Assembly: GCA_012295275.1 (NCBI GenBank)
Contig: CM022672.1
Coordinates: 14,198,001-14,262,000, forward strand
DNA from: Chrysomallon squamiferum
Taxonomy: Eukaryota; Animalia; Mollusca
Length of the DNA: 64,000 nt
Direction of reading: 5' to 3'
In this document: piece by piece, positions 25,448-39,105 of the stretch
Numbering within the stretch: position 1 is the first letter of the stretch
Layout of the letters: each line of letters starts with the position of its first letter
Notes under the pieces: generated by a model
What the model was told of the DNA's origin: nothing
The model's input: only the letters and a program-made list of their open reading frames with translations
Databases searched by the model: none
Position numbers and translations under genes: made by a program

Positions 25448-27860
25448 TACAAATATATGAGAGAAAATTAGTTAAGAAAATGAAGGAGAAAATGGGGAAA
25501 AAAAAAGAAAAAGAAACCAAGAAAGAAAGCCAAAAAAAAAAAAATAATAATGTAAAAAAAAAAAAAAAAAAAAAATAAAAAAAAAAATAATGTGAAACAA
25601 ATGGAGATAGGTGACAACAAGAAGAAAAATAAATAACAAATAACAATTTGAAAAAAAAAAAAATTAAGAAATAGCAACTATTACATTTTCTAGGTAACCA
25701 TTTTCTAGGTGTTTCTAAGAAATATCTGCATCGTATTGATTCTCAATAGTGCTGGTTTGGAAGGTGCAATCAATGAAGTTTAGTTTTTCTTAAAATTGTT
25801 GTGTAAATATTTTATATTCTAAAGTCTGTTCACATCTCTGGAGCAGAGGGACACAAAGAAAGAGAGAGCAAAAAAAAGTTAATGATCTGCATATAATGGC
25901 TTGTGCAAAAAAGAAAAATAATAATAATAAAACAATATATAAATAAAGAAAACAAAAACGACTTTAATGATCGATTCCAATGTTCTTTTTCTGTTGTTCT
26001 TTCATTATTAAAACCAATTTTTACTTTTGTTAATTATTTTATTTATTGTGTTTATTTCATATTTTGTTTTACTTTTCTTTCTTTCTTTTTATTCTTTTTA
26101 CTGTTTTTTTATGGGGTTTTTTTCGTAGTTATTTTTGCAATATGTTTAGCATTATTATTGTTGTATTATGTTCTATTATTTATCATGTTAATAAGAATTA
26201 TGATTGTTACTGATACTGTTAAAAAATGTAATTTTCCTGAATTTAAATTTACATCTTACAAAGGTTTAATTTCTTTCAAATTGAAGTTTATAATGACTTT
26301 TTGACCAGACAAATTGCATTTAATAATGATGACTGTTTTCAATGTATTTATTGATTTTCACATTTATTATGTTATCATTTGAAATTTGTTTAGTATTATT
26401 ATTACTGCTATTATGATTTATAAATTGAATGTTTTTTCTTGTTAATTTTTACTGCTGTAATTGATTTTTTTTATTTTCTTTTTCTACTTATATTCCTGAT
26501 GTAAATATTAGGAAGAAAAAAATTGTGTATAAACTTAGACATGTAAATAAAGAAATAAAAAAGAAGAAAAATAAATGAATATCAAATTTTAACATTGTGT
26601 GGAATATTGAAAATTTTATTATGTGGGAAGATTGGGAAAAACATGCTCACAAAAACAGGACATTCTACTACTTTTCTCTAATTCCCAGTTATAAACAAAA
26701 TGGAAACTGCAGTTTTTAACACACTGAAACTTCACCATTAAGAAAGATTATTAGTGAGTTTTATAACATTGGTTCCAGATACCAAATGACAAGCTTATTA
26801 CCAGAAGTAGGTCTGGATTTCTGGATACAAACAAAATAATAAATGCATTGAAAAAATAAATAATGAAAAGTTAGAGTTGAAACAGATATTTAGTAGATTA
26901 CAAATTAATAAATTCTAAAGCAGGATTTGTTTGATTTTTATTAATCCACTTAAAATGTCTGTGTGAACTACTGGTACCTTGTACAACATAAAAGTAAGTA
27001 AAGACCTTGATTTTAACAGTTATTCAGTGCACCTATACAGGTCTATAATATTCACTAATATACAACAACTGTATTGAACTGATGTCATGCAGTATTTACA
27101 CTATAGAAACCCCCAAAAAAGGGGTGGGGAATAGAGGAACAAAACTCAAAAGCAGCCAGTTTATAAAAAATATTTAAAAACTGATTTTCTGTATTGTTGA
27201 AATTAATAATTAACAATAGAATTATTTCAAAAAGATGATGTCGAATATATTGAATATAAGCTAATTAGTAACATACAAGTCTCTACAGTAATTTCACATT
27301 TTACATTCTAGATAAGATTTTAAAACTAATTACATTATTTATTATTATGATAAAGTTAGAAGAATCCATTTAAAAAAAAGAAAAATCAGAAACGAACTAA
27401 AAAACTTCCATAAGGGTACTTTTGTTCCTAAAATAATTCTCCTCTTTTTAAAAAGTGGATAAGTTTTAAAACTGGGTTAATTCGTTTGGATTTAAATTTT
27501 TATTATTATTATTATTATTATAGTTGAAGCTGTTGAGGTATTTCAGTACAGTGGCTGATGATAAAAATTTATTATTTATGCTAAAACACATGTATGGTTA
27601 TTGGTTTCATTTAAAACCTATTGATTCAGCAACCCTAAATGTATATAAATGATACTTTTGTATAATTTCTCCACAATACAATAGTATCGGGTTTTGGTGG
27701 GGGTTTGGGTTTTTTTTTTTTTTTATATAATTATAATAGTAGTATCTTTTACAGATATGATGATTTATTTCAGCTGAAAGCAATAAAAGTTTACAGATAT
27801 CCATGAAAAGTTTTGTGAAGTAATCCTTTTTTTTAAGAAATAAAATAATAATAATAATAA

Positions 27861-27899
<39 letters not shown>

Positions 27900-30800
27900 A
27901 ATTTTGCCAGCAGAGTAAAAGGATAAAAATCATACATTAACAGTAAACTACAAATAAATATCCACGATAAATTGAGCTATTTTATTTGAAATGCTTGGAA
28001 TACAATGATGATATAATAATTTTTCAATAATTTTAAAATGGTATATCAAAAATCAATAATCAAAAACTGGTAATAAATATGTTTCTTTTCTTTGTGAATG
28101 CATGTGATGATCATTAGCCTGAGAACAGGTCCTCTAAATCAAACCATCATATGTATTCAGTATTCCAGGAGGGAGACACTGAAAAAGCATGCCATAATGA
28201 CACAGTCCCTATGACACTGTCAAACCTATCGGAACTAGAGGAAAGCAGTTTGGACTTTAGACAAACCCCAGAAGATGAAACCCTTTTTCATCATATCTTT
28301 GGCCATAAAATTTTAAAAATTGAATTCAAAGTAGATGAAGTAAGTAAAACAGAATGCTGCATAATGTTATAGAATGAAAAATAATATATATATATATATC
28401 AAGTGAATGTTTGTTTAACTGAATCTAAGAAGTAACCAAATATTCATTATTAAAAATATTGTTCAATATGATGTCCTATCTGCTAATGTCTATAAATGAT
28501 TCCTGTTTAAATAAAATATACTTTATTTCAGCTAATACATTTATTTTTTATGAATGGTCTGAGCATTGGACCCATACCCATGATGTTTCACAAAGCTCAC
28601 TTAGGTCTTGAACTGCTCAAATTCTAAAAAAAAAAAAACCAATTTTAATAAAAGCAAGACGGAAAATTGTTTGCTGCATCACATTTAAATCACACGGCCT
28701 AGTAGGTAATTCATTCACTGGACAGCAAATGAGCTGTGCATATGATGTGAACCTAACATACCTTCGAAGTAGGGTAGAACGCTTTAACAATTTGTGGCAT
28801 GGTGCTTATTTAGTCAGTGGAAGCACAGCTTACTTCAAGCTCTTAATTCTTCATACATAATGGTACAGACACTTAAAAATCTTACATGAATAAAATTTGA
28901 GAAAATGAATTCATTTTATATGTGAAGGTATATATTATTGTGAATTAAGACTGAGTATTTATTAGGAAAAAATATGGTATTCCAGCTGGTGCATGATACA
29001 AACTGTTCAATTATCTACACATTAACAATAAAATGCTTTTAATTGTTATACTTGGCAGCATGTCCATTTGTACGAATAAAAACTGTACAGTGATTGTCTG
29101 AAAGCTACATTTTTGTATTGTGTGTGTTTTTATGTTTTATACATCAGTGGATCCAGCTGTTGTTAAAATGGGGTCAGTGGAAGTACAGTGTATTTCATAT
29201 TGTCAGTGTTCTTTTATAGTGTCTGTCATGTATTGTACCTAGTAGGTGCATTTCATGACCCATGTGTGAACATAGTCTGTAAAATAATATTACAAATGTT
29301 TCTTTTTCACTCTCAAGTCATTATAAAAGCACTTTGGTGCCAATAAATAATTTTATCAAGAAAGGTAATAAACAGTTCAGAAAAAAAAGTTTTGTCAAAA
29401 AAAAAAAAAAAAAAACAAGATTCAAAATATTAGTTTTTTTCAAAATCATTTCAAAATGTTGATTATAATTAGCCCCAAAATTTAAAAATGATGCATTAGT
29501 GTTTGGCTCTTAAACTGACCAATTGTGTGTATGTGTTTTGTCTGTGCGCATGCATGCATGTTTGTGCGCATTTCTTTAAATGAGGCTATGATTGTGAGAT
29601 CAAAACCCTTGAGTGGTCCATGTTTGCTACTTCCAATTATGATTCAGAAACTGTTCGTCCTAGTCTTTGGGAAGATGCATATAAATTATCTTTTGCTGTC
29701 TGTCCTTAAAAGTATGTGTTAATGGCCATAGGTTTTTTTCTGGTATAATTGTACAGAACAGCACTAATAATTTGTTAATAATGAAATACAACTCATTAAA
29801 CAAACATTTTATTTATTTAGAATCTATTAAACTTAATGTTAGCAGGACCACCCTCTGGATAAATATTAAAAAATCCAATTGTTTGAAAATTCTATTCAAA
29901 GTTGCATTGAAGTAAATTAATAAAAAATAAAAATATATTCAAAACGTTTATTGCACCTTTAATTTAAACATTATTTTTAAACAATAATCGAAAAACAAAA
30001 AGGTTAAACATTTAAAAACAATTATCATATCTGTTATTGTAACTGATAATTCTGTCACATATTTCTGCTAATTTAGAATTTATTATTTTTGTCTAGACAT
30101 AAAAGTGTCAGTTTGTGTTAGGAAAATATTTTTAAATAATGAACAAGTTTATAAAGTAAAAAAAGATATGTCTTCAATATGCACCAATTAAATTAAAAAT
30201 ATTTTCAATTCTTGGATAAATATCAAGCACATGATAGAGGTAGATCTGACCATTTTTAAAATATTCATTTCATAATAAACAATTTGTTTTATATAATCTT
30301 CGTTATTTATTTATTTCTTATAATCATTTTAGAAAGTGCCAACTCTGAATGGTTTAAATATAATTTCAGTTAAGTTATACACAATTTTTATTCTTGATAC
30401 AATTTTTGAACATGTTTTCATTTTACATATTCTTACAATTAATTTTTAAAATAAGTTAAAAATGATCTATCATAAAATTTAACACACATATTTAAATTAC
30501 AACTTTATGAATTCAGATGCACTGTCTAACTAGTTTAAAAGTAACCAGAACATTCTTTAAGTCTAAACTGGAAATAAACTGAATATTTTATCTATAACTG
30601 CAATTATGAAAATTCAATGTGATTTACATGAATAAACTGAATGCATTATAAATATAAAATTAAATGCAGTTGTTCAAAAAAGAATGTATTTATATAAAAA
30701 ATAACTCTTATTTATAAGGAAAATGTATTGTGAGAGAAAAAGTAAATATTTTATTTCATTTGTTTTTTTTAACATGATATGATTTTAACATCAGAGACCC

Positions 30801-31179
30801 AGCTCAGTTTTGATTTTTGTCATAAAAATATTTGAAATTCATTCCTCCACATTCAAAAAATCATTCCACATAAAGCATTTATGTACATTTGATATTAAAA
30901 TATTTTAAAGATTAACACACATATAACTATATAGAAAATTATTAAACAAAAGAAAATTGATTACACTGTAAATTCACAGAAAATTATTGTTGATCATCAT
31001 CACACCCATTTTTGATAAACATTTATACTTAACCAAAAAATAATAATAATAAAAAAAAATAAAAAAAATATTTTAACAAATTTAAAGAGAAAGAGAAAGA
31101 AAAAAACCCAATATAAAAGCTATTAACATAACATATGTCAGTGGTGTGGGTTGAAGATTTTTCAATTACAAAAAAAAAA

Positions 31180-31210
<31 letters not shown>

Positions 31211-31813
31211 TCTCTCTAATTAAATGAAATTTTATATATTTAATACAGTCATCGAAGCTCTTAATTCTTCAAACATTCAATCTCATGCATAAATGAAAGA
31301 TGTTTAAAAATTTACATGAATAAAATTCAACAGGTAATCATTTTATATTTAAGTTATATTATCCTAAATAAAAATGTACAATTTAGTACCATGATACAAA
31401 GATGTGTTAAGTTTAAAATAAATTACCTAATTTGATGACACACAATTTGATTTGTTTTTTAATATTTTATATTGTTTTGCAAGCAGTGTTAATTTGCAGT
31501 TTGATTTCAAAATACAACAGCACAGATGACTAATGTAACTTGATAATGGATTATTAAAATCTATATATATATATATGTATCTGCCAGCAAATAGTTTTTC
31601 ATGTACATGTTGTATACACAGGGTAAAATTCAGCAAGCATACTATTTAATTTCTGACTAGGAATTTCAACAAATAAAGACTTCCTAATATTCTCCTCCCA
31701 ACATATATAAAATATACAATTTTCTTTTCACATTTCTGTTAAAAAAACCAGACAAAACCATGTGAACACAGGAAAATCATTTACACTGTAAAAATATCAA
31801 ACATAACCATGAC

Positions 31814-32028
31814 ATACTGGAACACAAACTCTGATTAATTTGATTTTTTTTGGTCATTCTCCATCTCGCAGATTTCTAAAAAAAAACTTTCATATATGCT
31901 GGACGATCATCAGGGTTCAGACAAATACTGGAACACAAAAAGTGAGTAATTTGATATTTCGTCTTTCTTCATCTCTTAGATTTTTTTAACTTTTTCATAT
32001 ACTCTGCGTGATCTTCTGGGTTCAGACA
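31814..32028 (-). repeat. ~110-bp tandem duplication spanning the B4GALT7 stop codon
   Basis: atactggaacacaaa...gggttcagaca occurs at 31814-31923 and 31925-32028. Confidence 0.8.
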
Positions 32029-35000
32029 CCAAGGTGTGAGGTCAAGGTTACACTCTAGTTGAATGTTAAGTACAGTGACCGGAGCACCGTCAATGGTCAG
32101 TTCTCTTCTGCTGACCACCTGATACTTGACTGTACTCACTCCGGTCTCTCTATCCAGACGACGGGTTTTCTAAAAATATAACAGTTTTTAAAAAATGGAT
32201 TTGCAAAACATGGTGCAGTGCATTTAAACTCAATCAGAAATTACTGTCACAATCACAGTTTGCCTGGGGTGATCATTTTTATGGTACCTTGGGTGTGTAT
32301 CTCTAATCAATGACATGGCTATAACAACTGTATAAATAAATTAAATATTTGTAGTAATATCTATCTAACCATATATATTTATGTATCTGTGGCTATATAT
32401 ATATTATTTGTGTACAGGTAAAATGTTATGTCTGTGCAAATGTTATTATTTTATGTGTATCTTTTATTATATAATATATTTTTTTTAAAGAATGGTTCAT
32501 TTAAAAAATTACATCTCTTTACCTCAGTTTGACCAAAATATCTCTTTTGATCTCTTGGTCTTCTCCGCCTGTCATGTACGTGTCTAAATGTTTGAAATCC
32601 TGTTGTAATGTTAGCAGGTCGCTGTATCTAGAGACAAGATAAACTAAAAGATACAGTCGTATTCATAACAATGTTCACTGGTCACTGTATCTAGAGACCA
32701 GATAAACTAAAAGATACAGTCGTATTCATAACAATGTTCACTGGTCACTGTATCTAGAGACAAGATAAACTAAAAGATACAGTCGTATTCATAACAATGT
32801 TCACTGGTCACTGTATCTAGAGAGACAAGATAAACTAAAAGATACAGTCGTATTCATAACAATGTTCACTGGTCACTGTATCTAGAGAGACAAGATAAAC
32901 TAAAAGATACAGTCGTATTCATAACAATGTTCACTGGTCACTGTATCTAGAGACAAGATAAACTAAAAGATACAGTCGTATTCATAACAATGTTCACTGG
33001 TCACTGTATCTAGAGACAAGATAAACTAAAAATACAGTGGTCACTGTATCTAGAGACAAGATTCAAAAGATAACAATGTTCACTGGTCACTGTATCTAGA
33101 GACAAGATAAACTAAAAGATACAGTCGTATTCATAACAATGTTCACTGGTCACTGTATCTAGAGACAAGATAAACTAAAAGATACAGTCGTATTCATAAC
33201 AATGTTCACTGGTCACTGTATCTAGAGACAAGATAAACTAAAAGATACAGTTGTATTCATAACAATGTTCACTGGTCACTGTATCTAGAGACAAGATAAA
33301 CTAAAAGATACAGTTGTATTCATAACAATGTTCACTGGTCACTGTATCTAGAGACAAGATAAACTAAAAGATACAGTTGTATTCATAACAATGTTCACTG
33401 GTCACTGTATCTAGAGACAAGATAAACTAAAAGATACAGTTGTATTCTAAAAGATACAGTATCTAGAGAGACAAGATAAACTAAAAGATACAGTTGTATT
33501 CATAACAATGTTCACTGGTCACTGTATCTAGAGACAAGATAAACTAAAATTCATACAATGTTCACTGGTCACTGTATCTAGAGACAAGATTCATAACAAT
33601 GTTCACTGGTCACTGTATCTAGAGACAAGATAAACTAAAAGATACAGTCGTATTCATAACAATGTTCACTGGTCACTGTATCTAGAGACAAGATAAACTA
33701 AAAGATACAGTCGTATTCATAACAATGTTCACTGGTCACTGTATCTAGAGACAAGATAAACTAAAAGATACAGTCGTATTCATAACAATGTTCACTGGTC
33801 ACTGTATCTAGAGACAAGATAAACTAAAAGATACAGTCGTATTCATAACAATGTTCACTGGTCACTGTATCTAGAGACAAGATAAACTAAAAGATACAGT
33901 CGTATTCATAACAATGTTCACTGGTCACTGTATCTAGAGAGACAAGATAAACTAAAAGATACAGTTGTATTCATAACAATGTTCACTGGTCACTGTATCT
34001 AGAGACAAGATAAACTAAAAGATACAGTTGTATTCATAACAATGTTCACTGGTCACTGTATCTAGAGAGACAAGATAAACTAAAAGATACAGTTGTATTC
34101 ATAACAATGTTCACTGGTCACTGTATCTAGAGAGACAAGATAAACTAAAAGATACAGTTGTATTCATAACAATGTTCACTGGTCACTGTATCTAGAGAGA
34201 CAAGATAAACTAAAAGATACAGTTGTATTCATAACAATGTTCACTGGTCACTGAATCTAGAGAGACAAGATAAACTAAAAGATACAGTTGTATTCATAAC
34301 AATGTTCACTGGTCACTGTATCTAGAGAGACAAGATAAACTAAAAGATACAGTTGTATTCATAACAATGTTCACTGGTCACTGTATCTAGAGACAAGATA
34401 AACTAAAAGATACAGTTGTATTCATAACAATGTTCACTGGTCACTGTATCTAGAGACAAGATAAACTAAAAGATACAGTTGTATTCATAACAATGTTCAC
34501 TGGTCACTGTATCTAGAGACAAGATAAACTAAAAGATACAGTTGTATTCAGTGTTCACTGGTCATTCATAAACAATGTTCACTGGTCACTGTATCTAGAG
34601 AGACAAGATAAACTAAAAGATACAGTTGTATTCATAACAATGTTCACTGGTCACTGAATCTAGAGAGACAAGATAAACTAAAAACAATGTACAGTTGTAT
34701 TCATAACAATGTTCACTGGTCACTGTATCTAGAGAGACAAGATAAACTAAAAGATACAGTTGTATTCATAACAATGTTCACTGGTCACTGAATCTAGAGA
34801 GACCAGATAAACTAAAAGATACAGTTGTATTCATAACAATGTTCACTGGTCACTGAATCTAGAGAGACCAGATAAACTAAAAGATACAGTTGTATTCATA
34901 ACAATGTTCACTGGTCACTGAATCTAGAGAGACCAGATAAACTAAAAGATACAGTTGTATTCATAACAATGTTCACTGGTCGCTGTATCTAAAGCTCTAG

Positions 35001-36963
35001 ACAAAACAAACTAAAAGATACAGTTGTATTCATAACAAGTTTTATAAATGGCTTTTTCGAAGTTGATTTTAATTTGTCCTGTCTGAATTTTTTTTGTTTT
35101 TTTTGTAGTGAAAAAAAAATAAAATTATTTAGTATATTATAAACAATAATGGTAAAATAGAAATAGAAAGATATATTTGTATATATAAACACACAAAAAG
35201 AGTGAGAGAGAAACTGACAGAGGAATATAGTTTTGCAAAACTGAAAATTGAATCAGTCTTATATTTTAAACCATTTCAAATTGAAAAGATTAAATAAATA
35301 AAATAATAATAACAAACCTTTATTCCTTTTTTCCTCATTCTCACAAAAAATTCATCATCTTCTCTTCCCCATCCCCAGTATCTGTTAGACATGCCATTCA
35401 ACTAAAATAATAAAAAATGTAATTACTTTCCAGCTAATAGTTTGTAAATATTACCAACATAAAAATGCATGGTTGTTATTAATGCCATAAGAAAATATGT
35501 TATAAATAATAACAAAATTTGCTATTAATAAAACAGAATGAGATTATTGTGCACAGCGTATGTAAAAACTGCAACAGATTCAAATACATTAAAATAGAGT
35601 AAAGCATAAAAAAAGCAACAGGCTAAGGGATATAACTACACATTTCTGATTCAATAAAGAAAAATCTTTTACATGTGAATATTAATATTACGTACTATAA
35701 ATGATAAAAGATTTTGAAAAGTTTTCATTTTAATGAATAATGTAGCAGGTTTGTTTGCCACTTATAATCAACAAGTTTATCAGTAAATGAAGTATTTGTC
35801 AAATTTAATATAATTTTTGATAATTTTAACAAACAAACAAAAAAACAGAGCTTAACAAACTTTTGAATAAATCAATGATATTTTACTCCTATTAATAAAC
35901 CAATAATGAAATATTCTGCACACTTCATTTATTCAATATATTTGTTTTTAAACTATTTACCTCTTCAAATTGCTTTCGACTAATCAGAAGAATTCCACCA
36001 ACAAATGTCTTGTAATGGTAGAGAGGATGTAGGTTGGGCGCTGCTAAATGAACTGGTCCACCTTCTGGATATGAGTAACTGAGTTGTGGATTTAGTGGAA
36101 GCAAATCAACATCATGCATGCAGATGTAGTCACATGTTGTACATGATTCCAAGAATCCTATATTGATCAGAGATGCTCGATTGAATCTGAAAACCAAAGT
36201 CACCAAAAAAATGTTTTACCTTAAATATCATAATATCTTTGACTGTACATAGAGATGGGCAAATTTATTTTATTTTTATTTTTTACATATTTAGATTATT
36301 TTAATGATATAATTTTTCAATCATCAAGTTGAATGCAGTCTAGCATTACTCTTGTAATAGTTTAATGGTGATACTGTTTTTTATTAACAGAAATAATAGA
36401 ATGAGAGAATAGAAATTTTTAACAATATTCTCCATCTTTCATTTAGTCTTGAAAAAGAAAATACATATATATATATAACCATTTACACCATAAAAGTAAA
36501 CATTTAATAGATTTGTAACATGTAATAAGTTTATTTCATCGTGTGACAAATTAGTGAATATAAATTTAATTATACTTATTTATTATTCACAGATCCAAAC
36601 TGTAAAGTATGTTGAAAATAAATCATACCTGAAGTTATCTACTTGATTAATGGCAAATATTGTATACTTGATATTCTGTGCAGTGAGAAACTGGTGCATG
36701 TGAGGTACAAACTCCATCAGCTCTTCAAATCTGTCTCTAAACGGGACAATGATAGCCAGAGAATGACGGCTGTCTGATTTAGCTTGTGTTTTGTGGGTCG
36801 TGTCAATTCCTGACTTGACGACATCTCTGGGTAAACCAGATTCCTTCTGCGGACTGCAGAAACATGCAGCATCATGCAGTGGATACAGAGCCAAGAAAAA
36901 TACTCCAACAACTGTCAGAGTCAGACAGATGATGATGATTCTAGACACAGCTCTTCTGGCCAT
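31969..36963 (-). CDS. B4GALT7: Beta-1,4-galactosyltransferase 7 (xylosylprotein 4-beta-galactosyltransferase)
   Basis: Exons 36963-36629, 36186-35961, 35401-35318, 32627-32523, 32169-31969. N-terminal TM anchor, then [44 protein letters not shown] (DxD), [22 protein letters not shown] and [11 protein letters not shown]. Confidence 0.97.
32607..35038 (-). repeat. 63/65-bp tandem array (~38 copies) of the B4GALT7 exon 32627 acceptor junction
   Basis: Plus-strand unit ggtcactgtatctagagacaagataaactaaaagatacagtcgtattcataacaatgttcact. The first unit overlaps the real acceptor (ct at 32628-32629) and the exon start. Confidence 0.96.
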
Positions 36964-37813
36964 CCATCAGGCTATACAGAGAAATTCATCATTGGAAGAC
37001 TAATTTATAACAACGTGGTATCTGCAAAAAATAACATAAAAATAAATAAAATAAACCTTTTATATAAACAGTGTGCAACAATTAACTTTTTATTTTACGA
37101 AAACAAAGAAGAAGAAGAATATAAATTTAAAAATAACATGTATGCTCATAGATGAATTTGCAAATTTACATAGTTGGATGATAATAATAAGAACAAATAA
37201 TTCATTAAATTTAAAATTGCATAAACCTTATTACATTAGCAAAACAAAAAATAAATGCCCTGTATCAAAAGTGTATTCTGAAATGATTTCAAATTTTACA
37301 TATAAATAATTGGAAGATGTTTAAATTTATTATATCATTAAAATACATTAATGTGTAAACTGTATAAATGTATCACTATTTTTACATATCAAAGAAAAAA
37401 GTGAGAAAAAAAAAATAAATTAAAAAAAAAGAGAAAAAAAGAAATGTAAAATCTTAATTATTTGCATCTTTTAACTATTGTGGTCACCGAATTATTGTAC
37501 ACTAGTTGTGTCTAAATAATTTCTTGTTAACCATATTTTGCTTTAAATTATAACATCAAATACTGGTTTTCTTTATTACAATTAATGTCAATTAATATAT
37601 GCTAGATTATTAATCTAATTCCATATACAATATATACAATGCAACATTTAGTTTTACTGACTTTTAATCATAACTATCATACTATGGCCATCAGTGCATC
37701 TCTATCAAGCATATTTTTAATTTAATGATTTGCAACTGACCTAACCATTATAAATAGATATTTTGTACCAATTTATTTGGAGTGACTAGTGACCAAAAGA
37801 CGAGAATAATAGA

Positions 37814-37858
<45 letters not shown>

Positions 37859-39105
37859 TTTGTTTTACTGATTGTTTTCATTGATTTTTAAAAAACAATG
37901 ATAATACATTCATACATAAATGCGTTTTAATTATATAATCATTTTAAAAAGCATCTATGATTTAGTCTGAACACAGAATCATAGAATGTACGGATATTTC
38001 GTACTACACTCTACAGGCACCGATTTATTCCAGTTCCATTTTATCAACACAATACATCCAGTATCTATCAGCACCAGTACCAAATTTAACAAGACCACTT
38101 TGGAAAATACTCGACTTACCAACGGCAGTGGACCTATAGTATATATTCATGACACATGTGACACACAACTCGCAGATTTTATGTAACATCTGTAAGTGTA
38201 AGTGTTAACAAATTATACTGTTACTGAGTTAGTGACTTACTGGAACCTTAATTACAAATTTACTTCTGTGATGTATACACTGTATAGTAAGAAATACTTA
38301 TAAACTGTAGTTTTTAAAAAGTTGACAATAATTTAAAAACAATAATAATAAACCTTAAATAGATATTAAAAACATCTTCCCGTCTTTAAGTTCTCTGCTT
38401 AACCGTCTCCAATTTCCAAATGCCGTTTTTATTAAATGCCAGAAGTTTATAATAATTGACCGATGATCAGTCTAAGCAGGTGGTTAATGCGGAGATGTCC
38501 GAAGATTGCCGATTTGAAATGCACACCTTATTTAATTCTACGGAAGGTTACGAACTAATTCATTTACATACGGAAATGAACGATTCAATATTAATAGAAA
38601 GAACATGTATTTACTTCCAACAAAATTATTTTGCGTGATTTCATTGGATGATCGATTGTCACCTAATTGTGTCAGCCAGGTGGGACAGGTAAATAACAAA
38701 TCTGAGATCTAAGATGTGACAAGGTGCTTTACTGACAAGTGCTAACTTGTTTAATAAGTCGATCAGGTTAAGACGGCGTTATGAAGAATAAGTTAAATGA
38801 AAGATGGGTTAAACGAATTCAAAGATCATGACTTGAGTTAGCTGTAGTAATAGGTCAGTATGTAGCAAATAGTGGTAAATGTAAGATATAATGAAAGGTT
38901 TTCATAAATAATCGATACGTTCGAGGTCGATCAACCATTAACGACCAGGGAGGTTATGCTGGCGAAGGAGAAACGCTGAAATTTTAGTTTCGTGCTAATA
39001 ATATTAATAAGGAACTGGCAGTAACAAAGTTTGTTTTCGTTTTGTCTTTCAATTTCACTGAATTTTAGGATGTGACAAACTGTCATAATATTCTCAACAG
39101 GCAGA

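Noticed and set aside
25450-25680. A-rich tract after the FANK1 stop as a retrocopy poly(A) tail
   Set aside because: The gene has introns, and the tract is interrupted low-complexity sequence with no TSD.
21011-35038. CRISPR-like appearance of the regular arrays
   Set aside because: Units are head-to-tail with no unique spacers, there are no cas genes, and the DNA is eukaryotic with spliceosomal introns.
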